From: Elusimicrobiota bacterium
GTDB taxonomy: Bacteria > Elusimicrobiota > Elusimicrobia > UBA1565 > JACRDR01
Assembly: GCA_041694815.1 (NCBI GenBank)
Contig: JBGFSC010000051.1
Span: 1 to 24,934 of the forward strand
Length of the DNA: 24,934 nt
Reading direction: 5' to 3'
Below the pieces are notes generated by a model. The model was not told the origin of the DNA, made no database searches, and worked only from the letters and a program-made list of their open reading frames with translations. The stretch's first letter is position 1. Each line of letters opens with the position of its first letter. A program made the translations under genes and the position numbers. Of the stretch, positions 15,256 through 24,084 are shown one piece after another.

Positions 15256-16788
15256 ATGAGATATTGGCTATTCCACAATAATCAGGTCACCGGCCCCTTC
15301 GACCGGGATCAAATCGCCCAACTCTCCGGGTTCTCGGCGGAAAGCTTGGTTTGCCCCGAGGGGCGCAAGGGAACGCAAATGGGGGACTGGATGCGCGCCT
15401 CGACCGTGCCCGATCTCACCGATGCGATCGCCAGGTCTAGCCGTGTCCCGGCCTTGGTCCGCGCCGCCGGCGAGAGGGCCGGGCCGGCCGCCGGCGGCCT
15501 GCCGCCCGAGCCTACGCTTCGGGACTTGGCCGTATTGGGCAGCCTTCAGGAGAAGGTCGAGGACTTAAGCGACAATCTTCGCCGCTTGCAGGACGACCTT
15601 AAGGCGCGGGATGCGGAGATATCCAGGCTCAAGAGCGAGCTGGAGCAGAAGGGGCGCGCGGCCTCGGACTTGGGCGCCAAACTCTCGGAGGTGGAGGCAA
15701 AGGTCTTCGCGGTCTCGGGCGTCAAGGAGGAGCTGGAGAAAACGCAGGCCGAGTTGCGCGGCGCCACATCCAAGCTTTCGACGCAAGATTCGCTGATCCG
15801 GGATCTTCAGGACAAGCTCGAGCGCCAAGCCCGCTCCTTCGCGCCCCCGCCCGTCCTATCTCCTATGTCGACGCAGCCCATGTCTCCCTTGGTCTCGCCC
15901 GCCGCGCCCGCGCTGGAGACGCCGGCGGCGGAGCCGCCGCTGGCCAAGACGATGATGGGCCGTTTGGCAGCGGAAGGCGGCGCGCCGGAAAACCTACTCG
16001 CGTCGGCGAGCGAACCGGCGGCCGAGACGGCCACGGCGGAGTCGCCTAAGAAGACTAAGAAAAGCCCTCTATTTCTTTTCGTGCTCATTGGAGCGGGAGC
16101 GGTGACGGGAACCCTCTATTATCTGGGGCAGCAAAAGCCCAAACCGCCTCAACCGGTGAAGGAAGAGGCGGCGACGCCCGTGCCCCTTCCCGAAGCGCAG
16201 CCCGATTTGAGCCAGGAGGCGATCCATACGGTTAAGGCGCGAACGATTGTGGGCAAGATCGAGACCGTTGGGCAATTGCTCGAGACGCGCTATCCTCCAA
16301 CGGGCAAACTGTCCCCGTGGATGGTGGAGAAGCTGAGCGCCGATCGTTATCAGGTTCATTTCTACGCCTCGCAGTCGGCCAAGGCGCCCAGCAAGGCCCC
16401 GGTGTTCGAATTCCAGGTGGACCCGAAGGCCCAGCAGGTGCAGGGCCTAAACAAGCTGGCCGTGGCGCTGCTCATGGACGGCTCATTGCCGTCGGCGGAC
16501 GGCAAAATCCGCTCGCGGCGCCGCCGCAAGGGACAGGTCGACCTCGCGGGGGAAGTTCTCTCTGGGATCAAGAAAGGAGGCCAGCAGCTCAAGCGCGCCA
16601 AGCGCGCGGCCCAGCCGGCTTCCGACCAACTTGTCGGGGAGGCTTCGGCTCCTCCCGCGGCCGCGGCGCCGGGAGGCTCGGACGCGCCGCCGCAGCCCCA
16701 AGGTAAGGAAGGGGAGGAGAGCAGCTTGGACCAACTGCTTCTCCCGGGACTCGAAAAGCCCGCGGGTAACCCTTCCTCGGCGGACTAA
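15256..16788 (+). CDS. Bitopic membrane protein: N-terminal GYF_2 (DUF4339)-like domain, coiled coil, Pro-rich linker, one TM, C-terminal domain
   Basis: YWLF.NNQV.GPF....I......S.LV.PEG....W...V.DL, heptad region around aa 90-190, TM LFLFVLIGAGAVTGTLYYL. Confidence 0.82.
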   Translation: MRYWLFHNNQVTGPFDRDQIAQLSGFSAESLVCPEGRKGTQMGDWMRASTVPDLTDAIARSSRVPALVRAAGERAGPAAGGLPPEPTLRDLAVLGSLQEKVEDLSDNLRRLQDDLKARDAEISRLKSELEQKGRAASDLGAKLSEVEAKVFAVSGVKEELEKTQAELRGATSKLSTQDSLIRDLQDKLERQARSFAPPPVLSPMSTQPMSPLVSPAAPALETPAAEPPLAKTMMGRLAAEGGAPENLLASASEPAAETATAESPKKTKKSPLFLFVLIGAGAVTGTLYYLGQQKPKPPQPVKEEAATPVPLPEAQPDLSQEAIHTVKARTIVGKIETVGQLLETRYPPTGKLSPWMVEKLSADRYQVHFYASQSAKAPSKAPVFEFQVDPKAQQVQGLNKLAVALLMDGSLPSADGKIRSRRRRKGQVDLAGEVLSGIKKGGQQLKRAKRAAQPASDQLVGEASAPPAAAAPGGSDAPPQPQGKEGEESSLDQLLLPGLEKPAGNPSSAD

Positions 16789-18128
16789 CGGCGCACGAGG
16801 GCCTCGATCTCGGCTATTTCCTTGGGCACCGAGGTCAGGTTCTCGGGCGGGCCGGAGGGCGCGATGAGAACGTCGTCTTCAATCCGCACCCCGCCGAAAT
16901 CCAGGAAGGAGTCGGCCTTGGCGAAATTGATCTGGTCCTTGTATTTTTCCCGAAGTGCCGGGTCCTTGAGCAGGGCCTCGATGAAATAGATCCCCGGCTC
17001 CATCGTGATCACGAACCCCGGTTCCAGGCGCGCGTTGAAGCGCAGGCGCACATGGGCGGGGGCCGGCACGGCGCGACGCTTGCCCCCGAGGCTGTCATGA
17101 ACGTCGAGCCCGAGCATATGCGTCAGCCCATGAGGGTAGAACAGGCGGATGGCACCACCCAAGACGAGATCGTCCACGGGGCCCCGCAGGATCTTGAGGG
17201 CGCGGAGCCCTTCGGCGATCATGCGCATCGAATGCAGGTGGAGTTCCCCCGACAAGACTCCGGCATGGGCCCGCCGGATGCAGTCCTTTTGGGTCTCGAG
17301 GACGATCGCGTAGACGTCGCGCTGCCGTTGGGAAAAACGGCCTCCTATCGGGAAGGTGCGGGTGATATCGGCGCTGTAGCCCTCGCATTCGGCGCCGGCA
17401 TCGATGAGGAGCAGGTCTTGGCGGCGCAGGCGCGCGTCGTTGTGATGGTAATGCAGCACGGATGCGTTGCGACCCGCGGCTACGATGCTGGGATACCCCA
17501 GATGCTTGAGGCCTTCGCTGAGGCAATGCCGCTCGAATTCGGCTTGGAGCTGGTATTCGAACATGCCTTCCTTGGCGGCGCGCATGACCGCCAGGTGCGC
17601 CTTGCCGCTCACCTCGTTGGCCCGCCGCATCAAGGCGAGCTCGCCAGGGGTCTTGCAGGCCCGCATCTCATCGAGGGCATCGATCAGCTCGCTCGGCCGG
17701 TTTTCCGCGCCAAGAAACGCCTTCACCTCCTTCCAAGAGTCCGCGTCGGCGTAGCAGCGGCGGGCACTCCGCCGGGCCGCCTTGGCCTCGGCCGCGAAGC
17801 GGCCGCACGGGCGCGTCTCATCGAAGCCCCACCTCTGGCCGGCTTCGGTGGGGCTAGGGACATGCCCCAGCCAGACCCGATAATGCGAGTCCACCTCGGG
17901 CACGAAGAGGACGCTGCGCTTTTTCCTCGGGTCGAGCAGGAGGCGATAGCCCGGCTCGGGCACCCCGGTGAGGTAGAGGAAATTGGACTTCTGCCGGAAG
18001 ACATAATGAACGTCGCCGTTGCGCAGCTGCTCGACGCCGCCGGTCAGGAGGATCGGGCCGTCCGGCAGCTTGCGCATGAGCTCCAGCCGCAAGCGGCGGC
18101 GCTGCTCCACGGCATTCGCCTTGTGCAT
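16785..18128 (-). CDS. pepP: Xaa-Pro aminopeptidase (M24B)
   Basis: FRQ.SNFLYLTG, LHY, LIDAG.E..GY.ADITRTFP, HGLTHMLGLDVHD, TMEPGIYF, GGVRIEDD. Start placed at ATG 18128 because ATG 18137 lies inside the -10 box. Confidence 0.93.
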   Translation of the reverse strand: MHKANAVEQRRRLRLELMRKLPDGPILLTGGVEQLRNGDVHYVFRQKSNFLYLTGVPEPGYRLLLDPRKKRSVLFVPEVDSHYRVWLGHVPSPTEAGQRWGFDETRPCGRFAAEAKAARRSARRCYADADSWKEVKAFLGAENRPSELIDALDEMRACKTPGELALMRRANEVSGKAHLAVMRAAKEGMFEYQLQAEFERHCLSEGLKHLGYPSIVAAGRNASVLHYHHNDARLRRQDLLLIDAGAECEGYSADITRTFPIGGRFSQRQRDVYAIVLETQKDCIRRAHAGVLSGELHLHSMRMIAEGLRALKILRGPVDDLVLGGAIRLFYPHGLTHMLGLDVHDSLGGKRRAVPAPAHVRLRFNARLEPGFVITMEPGIYFIEALLKDPALREKYKDQINFAKADSFLDFGGVRIEDDVLIAPSGPPENLTSVPKEIAEIEALVRR

Positions 18129-18176
18129 GGCCCGCATTATAGCCTAAATTAAAATTATGGTACCATCGGTGGCGAC
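18129..18176. promoter_or_regulatory. Compact divergent promoter region
   Basis: Minus strand TATAAT (18141-18136) 7 nt before the pepP ATG; plus strand TGgTACCAT (18158-18166) 10 nt before GTG 18177; AT-rich spacer between them. Confidence 0.55.
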
Positions 18177-18548
18177 GTGAACCTCGGGAGGGCCGTACGA
18201 CTGGCGGCTTGCGTGCTCGCGGCCGCGGCCCTCGTGTCCTTTTACCGCGCCAACCGGCAGCGGGCGCGGGAGTGGTTCGGGGCCCGGAGCGGCGCTGTCA
18301 CCGCCCCGCTTCCCTTAGGCTCGGAGATAGAACAGGAGCAACGCAACCGGCGCACGCGGCAGGTCGTCGCCGAGTATGGGAGGATCAAGGCTCTTTTATC
18401 CAAGGCCAAAGGGCGAGGGTTCGATTCAGGCGAGCTGGAAGCCTTGGCCGCGCATGCGCTGGAGTTGGCCAAGAACGGGCGTTTCGAGGAGTCCCTCACG
18501 TTGCTAAATCGCATTGAAATGAGTGTTCCCCTGTGGGCCTCGCGATAA
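18177..18548 (+). CDS. Small hypothetical membrane-anchored helical protein
   Basis: N-terminal hydrophobic segment, helical C-terminus; overlaps the next gene as the first gene of an operon. Confidence 0.7.
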   Translation: MNLGRAVRLAACVLAAAALVSFYRANRQRAREWFGARSGAVTAPLPLGSEIEQEQRNRRTRQVVAEYGRIKALLSKAKGRGFDSGELEALAAHALELAKNGRFEESLTLLNRIEMSVPLWASR

Positions 18549-20734
18549 CGCGCCGCCGCTGGGCGCTCGCCGCCGCGCTGGGCCTGCTGGCGCTGTCTTC
18601 AGGCGCGGTGGAGACCGTCGAAACCTACCGCGCCTCGTGGGGGGCCTACCTGCAGGGCCGGCTGGAGGACGCCGCCAGCGGCTACCGCTATCTGGCGACG
18701 CTCGGAGAAGGCGGAGCCGAGGCTTCCGTCAATCTCGCCTTGATGGCGCGCGACCAGGGCAAGGAGGACGAGGCCCTGGCCCATTGGGTGAAGGCGACCC
18801 TGCTGGAGCCTTACGATTCCTTCCTTTGGAGCCAACGCGGATGGAGCAGCCTCGCCCTGCGGCGCTACCGCGACGCCCGGGACTCGTTCAAGAAGGCCAT
18901 CGAGACCTCCTCCATCACGTATCAAACGGCGGAGGCGCGCTTCGGGCTCGGGCTGACCGAACAGCTTGATGGCAACGACAAAGCCGCCATCGCGGCCTAC
19001 TCGATCGCCTACACGCACAGTCCCTACCTTCTGCCCGCTGTCAGCGCCCAGATGGGCCGCCTGGCCTCGCGCCGCAAACGGGATTCGACCGCCGAACTAT
19101 ACTTTAAGCAGTCGCTCAGCCAGGACCCCAAGCAGCTCGAAACGATCCTGGAGCTGGCCAGGATTTACGAGCGAAACGGCTCTCCCAAGGCGGCCTGGCA
19201 GGGTTACAAGCTCGCCCTCGACCTGGACTCCTCCGACCCCGCGGCCCAGGCCGGCTTTTCCCGCACGGAGGCATTTTTACTCGAGCGGGCCGAAAAGGTA
19301 TTGCCCGTGCGCCGCTTGGTCAGCCCGCTCATGACCCATTTCAGCCAGCCACCGGCCTCGCCATCCGTGCGCGTCGGCCTTTTCTCCAATCCCGAGGGGC
19401 TCAGCGCGCAGTTGACCCGCTTCTACTGCATATCGGGCAGCGGCTTCAAGCTCGTGGATACCCGACTCGGCGAGATCGCCCGCAGCAGGCCGCTCGACCA
19501 GTGGGAGGTTTCCTTCCGGCCCGAGACGCGCGTCATCGAGGTGCGCGACGCTCATCGCGAGCTCAAATTCACCACCAAGCAGAATTTCCGGATCGAGCCG
19601 ATCCACCCCGGGGCGACGGTGCTCGTCAAGAGCGCCGCTCTCGTCGACATCAAGGGCGTCGATATCGGCGACCGCGAAATGCGCGGGGCCGTGGAAGGCG
19701 TCCCGTCGCCGCAGGGCTTTCAGCTGGTCAACGAGCTGGGACTGGAGGATTATCTCTCGAGCCGAATTTCCGCGCTGCTCCCCTCGGGCGCGCCGCCGGA
19801 GGCCTTGAAGGCCGAAGCGGTGCTGGCCAGGACGCAGTTGGCGGGGCTGCCCGCCGCGGCGCATCATTCCTTCCTGAGGACGGATCTTTGCGATTCGACC
19901 CATTGCCACGTCTATCCCGGCATCAGCCAGGAGAACCTGGCCGCCCGGCGGGCGGTGATCGATACCCGCGGCATCAAGGTCTCGCTTGGTGCCGGATGGC
20001 TCCCCTTGCAGCATGTTTCCTGCGGGTTCGCCACCGAAGAAACGCCCGATCGCCCCAAGCCGCACCCACCCCTGCTCGCGCCCTCGGAGCTTGAGCGCCG
20101 TATCCACTCCTATCCCGGCTCCGATCTCTATTGCGAGGCCTCGGCACTGGCGCAGCCCGCGTGGTCGCGCTGGGTCCGCCTGCTAGAGGCGCAATGGATA
20201 CGCGACCGCATCGAGCGCGGTCAGGAGTTGGGGCCTTTGCGCGGCCTTCGCGTGCTTGAACGCTCTCCCTCCGGGCGGGCCAAGGCCCTAGAGATCATTG
20301 GCGCCTACCGGACGATCAAGCTCGAGGGAGCCGCGGCCATCGAAAAGGCCCTCTCTCCCGGGGGGATCCGATCGATGCTGTTCACGGTGCAACCGATCTA
20401 CCGCTCCAAGAATATCGAATACCTGTTGATCTGGGGCGCCGGGACGGGCTCCGGGCAAGGACTCTGCAATGCCGGGGCCATGGGGCAGGCCCATCTGGGC
20501 AGATCTTACCGCGATATCTTGAAATTCTATTTCCCCAACGCCTCCTTCCCGCAGCTTCCGGGCGCCTCCGCGAGGGCCGTTCGTAAAGAAAGGGCGACCC
20601 GCGCCTTGGGGAGCCCCGCCTCCAAGACGGAGATTGGGGGACCCTCGCTCAAGGAGAGGGATCGCGCCAGGCGCCGGCGTGCCGCGCGCCTGCGAGCGGC
20701 GCAGAAGGCCCGAGCGGAAAAGAAGGGCGAGTGA
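18533..20734 (+). CDS. Exported TPR-repeat protein with SpoIID/LytB-like domain (degenerate active site)
   Basis: Signal peptide, several TPRs, then VRVGL, VNELGLEDYL, EALKAEAVLART, LCDSTHCHVY.G, G.G.G.GLC..GA, G.SYRDIL.FYFP. Confidence 0.88.
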   Translation: MGLAITRRRWALAAALGLLALSSGAVETVETYRASWGAYLQGRLEDAASGYRYLATLGEGGAEASVNLALMARDQGKEDEALAHWVKATLLEPYDSFLWSQRGWSSLALRRYRDARDSFKKAIETSSITYQTAEARFGLGLTEQLDGNDKAAIAAYSIAYTHSPYLLPAVSAQMGRLASRRKRDSTAELYFKQSLSQDPKQLETILELARIYERNGSPKAAWQGYKLALDLDSSDPAAQAGFSRTEAFLLERAEKVLPVRRLVSPLMTHFSQPPASPSVRVGLFSNPEGLSAQLTRFYCISGSGFKLVDTRLGEIARSRPLDQWEVSFRPETRVIEVRDAHRELKFTTKQNFRIEPIHPGATVLVKSAALVDIKGVDIGDREMRGAVEGVPSPQGFQLVNELGLEDYLSSRISALLPSGAPPEALKAEAVLARTQLAGLPAAAHHSFLRTDLCDSTHCHVYPGISQENLAARRAVIDTRGIKVSLGAGWLPLQHVSCGFATEETPDRPKPHPPLLAPSELERRIHSYPGSDLYCEASALAQPAWSRWVRLLEAQWIRDRIERGQELGPLRGLRVLERSPSGRAKALEIIGAYRTIKLEGAAAIEKALSPGGIRSMLFTVQPIYRSKNIEYLLIWGAGTGSGQGLCNAGAMGQAHLGRSYRDILKFYFPNASFPQLPGASARAVRKERATRALGSPASKTEIGGPSLKERDRARRRRAARLRAAQKARAEKKGE

Positions 20735-21897
20735 GGATCAAGGTCGCCCATCTCATCACCCGCCTTGACCTGGGCGGAGCCCAACAGAACACCCTGCATA
20801 CCGTCGCCCATCTCGACCGATCGGAATTCGAGCCTTCCTTGCTTTGCGGGCCGGGTGGTTTCCTGGACGAAGAGGCCAAAACCATCTCGCGCGACGCCGA
20901 GCGGCCGTTCCAGATCCATTTTTTCCCGGATCTGCGCCGCGAGGTAGCTCCCTTGCGGGACCTCTCGGCCCTCCTGCGCCTGACGGCCCACCTGCTCCGC
21001 CACCGTCCCCATCTCGTGCATACGCATTCCTCAAAGGCCGGGATATTGGGCCGCCTGGCCGCTTTCCTGGCCCGAGTGCCGAGGGTCGTGCATACCTACC
21101 ACGGCTTCGGGTTCCACTCGCGCCAGAACCCCTTGCTCCGCCTCTTCTACGTCTCGCTGGAGAGGCTTTGCGTCCGGCTCAGCGATTGGACGGTTTTCGT
21201 TTCCGAGGAAAACAGGCGGGCGGCGCAGGGGCTCGGACTCGCCCCGGCCGAGAGGCACTCGATCATCCGTAGCGGAGTCGATTTGAAGGCGTATCCGGCG
21301 CCGTTGGAGGATAAGGGGCGCAAGAAGGCATCCTTGGGCTGCGGGATGCACAAGCCCCTGGTCGTCAGCGTGGGCAATCTCAAGCCGCAAAAGAACCCCG
21401 AAGCCTTCTTGAGGATGGCCGCGGCCTGCCTCAAGGAGATGCCCGAGTCTCGATTCCTGTTCGTGGGCGACGGGGAGCTCAGGTCCAAGCTCGAGGTGCA
21501 GGTCATCGCGCGGGGGCTGCACGGGAAGGTCCTTTTCCCGGGCTGGCGTCGCGACGGGGCGGAGATACTCGCGAGCGCGGACGTTTTCGTCCTGACCTCG
21601 CTTTGGGAAGGCCTGCCCCGTGCCCTGGTGGAGGCCATGAAGACGGGGCTCGCCTGCGCCTGCTACGCCACCGACGGGATCAAGGACCTGGTCCGGGACG
21701 GAGAAAACGGTTTGCTGATCATGCCGAACGACGAAGCGGAACTGGCCCGGAAGGTCCTGCTGCTCTTGCGCGACGAGGGGTTGCGCCGGCGCCTGGGCGA
21801 GAGCGCCGCGCGCTCCATAGGGCCTGAATTCGACATCGATGGGATGGTGCGCGAGCAGGAGAAGCTCTACCGGCGGTTACTGGGGGTGGACCGATGA
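20731..21897 (+). CDS. Glycosyltransferase family 4 (GT-B)
   Basis: HLITRL..GGAQQNT, VHTHSSKAGILGR, HT.HG, L.PQKN, VGDG.LR, S.WEGLP.ALVEAM (EX7E). Confidence 0.95.
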   Translation: MRIKVAHLITRLDLGGAQQNTLHTVAHLDRSEFEPSLLCGPGGFLDEEAKTISRDAERPFQIHFFPDLRREVAPLRDLSALLRLTAHLLRHRPHLVHTHSSKAGILGRLAAFLARVPRVVHTYHGFGFHSRQNPLLRLFYVSLERLCVRLSDWTVFVSEENRRAAQGLGLAPAERHSIIRSGVDLKAYPAPLEDKGRKKASLGCGMHKPLVVSVGNLKPQKNPEAFLRMAAACLKEMPESRFLFVGDGELRSKLEVQVIARGLHGKVLFPGWRRDGAEILASADVFVLTSLWEGLPRALVEAMKTGLACACYATDGIKDLVRDGENGLLIMPNDEAELARKVLLLLRDEGLRRRLGESAARSIGPEFDIDGMVREQEKLYRRLLGVDR

Positions 21898-22760
21898 TTT
21901 TCCGGCGGCCGCTCGGGCTGGTGCTGGCGGGGGGAGGCTCGCACGCGGCCTGGCAGGCTGGCTGCCTGGAGGCGCTCGCCCTTCGCGGCCTGGCCTTCGA
22001 CAAGATACTCGCGATCTCGGGCGGGTGCATCAACGCCCTCGCCTATTTCCTCGACCGCATGGGGGACCTGCGTTCGTATTGGCACGAGATCGACCGCTAC
22101 GCGTTGACGCGCTTAGCGCCCCGGCTGCGCCCCTTCAGCCTATTCTCGGACGCGCCTTTGTGGAAGGTGGTAAGCCCCTACGCCGAGGACAGGCAGGCCA
22201 AGCGGCAGGCGCGCTGCGAGTTCATCGCGGTCAGCCTTCGGCTAAGCGATAGGCGCTACCATTACGCGCGGTTCACCCCCGGAGGCAAGCAAGGATGGGA
22301 CGGGCCCCTCGCCCATAAGATCATCGCGAGCTGCGCGGTGCGCTGGGTGTTTCCTCCGGTGAAGGCCAAGCTCGATGGGGAGGGCGTGCAATGGCTCGTC
22401 GACGGAGGGACCCCCGGCAAGGAATGGATCCGCTTCGACTCCTTAAGCGATTGCAAGGACGTGCTGGTCGTGCAGATGAACCGCCCGGAGCAGATCGGCC
22501 GCCAGGGGATACTCGCCCGCTGGCGCGGCGACCAGGGCGGGGTGGATCTCGTGCACGGGGTCAATTCCCTCTTCGAGGCGAAAAAGCGCCCGCGCGTGTT
22601 CCGCTTCTACCCTTCCGCCAAGCTGGCCTATTCGCAGTTCAGCTTCACGTCCAAGGAGTGCGTGCCCGCCTTCGAGTTCGGCCGCCGCGACTCGCAGTCC
22701 TTCCTGGAGGGCCCCGAGCGCTTTATCCTCCCGCGGCCCCTGCCCCCGCCGGCGGGTTGA
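21894..22760 (+). CDS. Patatin-like phospholipase
   Basis: LGLVLAGGGSH.AWQAG, nucleophile AISGG..NA, ASCA....FPPV, LVDGG. Confidence 0.9.
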   Translation: MIFRRPLGLVLAGGGSHAAWQAGCLEALALRGLAFDKILAISGGCINALAYFLDRMGDLRSYWHEIDRYALTRLAPRLRPFSLFSDAPLWKVVSPYAEDRQAKRQARCEFIAVSLRLSDRRYHYARFTPGGKQGWDGPLAHKIIASCAVRWVFPPVKAKLDGEGVQWLVDGGTPGKEWIRFDSLSDCKDVLVVQMNRPEQIGRQGILARWRGDQGGVDLVHGVNSLFEAKKRPRVFRFYPSAKLAYSQFSFTSKECVPAFEFGRRDSQSFLEGPERFILPRPLPPPAG

Positions 22761-23363
22761 TTACCGGCAGCCGACGGAGAGCTTGTGCTTGCAAGCGAAT
22801 TGCCTCGCGAAGGCGTAGGCCTCCAGCTCCATCGCGTTGCGGTAATAATCCATCTTTCCGTCGAAAAGGGCGCGGCAGTAGCGGCCGCTGAAATTACCCT
22901 CCTCGAACTGCCGCACGTGGACGAACTCGTGGGCGAGCAGCGCCAGCTGCCAGTCGTTGTCGGGCTGGTAGGCGTCGCGGACGTAGACGTTGCGGCCGAA
23001 GGTCTGGGCGCCGATGTTCTTGAGGCCGCCCAGCACGATCCCGCCGACGCCGAAGTACTGCATGTCCGCCTCGTAGCGTAGCTGGACGCGGTTGACGAAG
23101 TCCTCCCCGAACTCCTTGACGAGAATCTCGCGCTGGCGGCCGGAGAGGACCTGCGGCTTGCCGGTGTCGGCGATGCTCTTGCTCCAGCGGCGGTAGATGA
23201 ACTCGCAGGCGGGCATGAAGGCGCCGAAGACGGGGTTTGGGATCGGCGCGCCGGGCCAGGCTGAAATCTTTGGGGCCTGGCCGCCGGATTGCCACCAGGG
23301 CTCAGGCGGCATGGCCTGGGCGGCCGGCAGGCAGAGCCTGAGTAAGAGGAGCAACGCCGTCAC
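22761..23363 (-). CDS. Secreted DUF4157-like HEXXH metallopeptidase-domain protein
   Basis: AQTFG..VY, LLAHEFVHVRQF, Y..N.MELEAY; signal peptide from GTG 23363 (VTALLLLLRLCLPAAQA), which lies 6 nt after CATAAT. Confidence 0.8.
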   Translation of the reverse strand: MTALLLLLRLCLPAAQAMPPEPWWQSGGQAPKISAWPGAPIPNPVFGAFMPACEFIYRRWSKSIADTGKPQVLSGRQREILVKEFGEDFVNRVQLRYEADMQYFGVGGIVLGGLKNIGAQTFGRNVYVRDAYQPDNDWQLALLAHEFVHVRQFEEGNFSGRYCRALFDGKMDYYRNAMELEAYAFARQFACKHKLSVGCR

Positions 23364-23399
23364 GGGGTTATTATGCGATCTAAGCGGGCGCCGCCCCAA

Positions 23400-23437
23400 G
23401 GGTCCGAATGCCCAATGCCGATTGGGCTTTAAGGCCT
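23400..23437. promoter_or_regulatory. Two 14-bp imperfect palindromes, candidate transcription factor sites
   Basis: GGGTCCGAATGCCC (23400-23413) and GGGCTTTAAGGCCT (23424-23437); similar boxes occur at 24817-24854. Confidence 0.4.
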
Positions 23438-23453
23438 ACAATGAGGACGGCGA

Positions 23454-24080
23454 TTAAAGGCGAAAACGGTCCTGCGCGTTGTCGGCGCCGTCCTCCTCGG
23501 CCTTCTTCTGCTCTATCTCCAGGGCGGTCGCCTTCGAGAGACGCTCTTTCCATTCAGCCTGCTTGGCGGCCAGATATTTCTCCTTCTCTTGCGCGTCCTT
23601 CCGGCGGCCGCGCGCGGCGCCCAGCTTGCCTCCGCCGATATAGATCGCGGTGGGCAGTAAAATGAAAGCGATAAACAAAAAGAGTGAGGGAACGCCGCTT
23701 GAGATCTTTTGCGGGTCGGCGCCTATCGTATATTGCAAGAGGGCATCGGAGCCCATCCAAACGAGTCCCGCGCCTATAGGGAACATGGCGATGAAGGCGA
23801 TGCGCTCTCCGATCGCCCGACCGCGGGCCTTATACTCTTTTTCGTATCTTTGAGGTTCCGGGGGCACGATCCGCGGTGAAGGCCAACCGCCCTCAGCGTC
23901 TGGACCCGTGAGAAGGGCCATGTCCGAACGAATAGCTCCCCCCACGGGAACCGCCTCTTCATTGACTGCATTTCCATCGAATCGCCGCCTGGCGGCGGAG
24001 ACATCCTCTTCCAGGCCCGCGAAGCTAGGCGCGGATGCCAAGCCGCAAATGATTATGGGAAGCAATGATGTTTTTTTCAT
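23454..24080 (-). CDS. Hypothetical membrane protein (signal peptide, 2 TM, charged C-tail)
   Basis: MKKTSLLPIIICGLASAPSFA signal, two hydrophobic segments, ends AQDRFRL. Confidence 0.75.
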   Translation of the reverse strand: MKKTSLLPIIICGLASAPSFAGLEEDVSAARRRFDGNAVNEEAVPVGGAIRSDMALLTGPDAEGGWPSPRIVPPEPQRYEKEYKARGRAIGERIAFIAMFPIGAGLVWMGSDALLQYTIGADPQKISSGVPSLFLFIAFILLPTAIYIGGGKLGAARGRRKDAQEKEKYLAAKQAEWKERLSKATALEIEQKKAEEDGADNAQDRFRL

Positions 24081-24084
24081 GGAG

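Noticed and set aside
17052..18152. 366-aa plus-strand ORF
   Set aside because: Antisense shadow of pepP.
20608..20645. Imperfect hairpin in the SpoIID C-terminal tail
   Set aside because: Short interrupted stems (CCCC/GGGG, CTCC/GGAG) are plausible by chance at this GC content.
23410..23430. GCCCAAT-GCCG-ATTGGGC hairpin as a terminator
   Set aside because: There is no U-tract on the minus strand, where the flanking genes are transcribed, and it overlaps the palindromic boxes.
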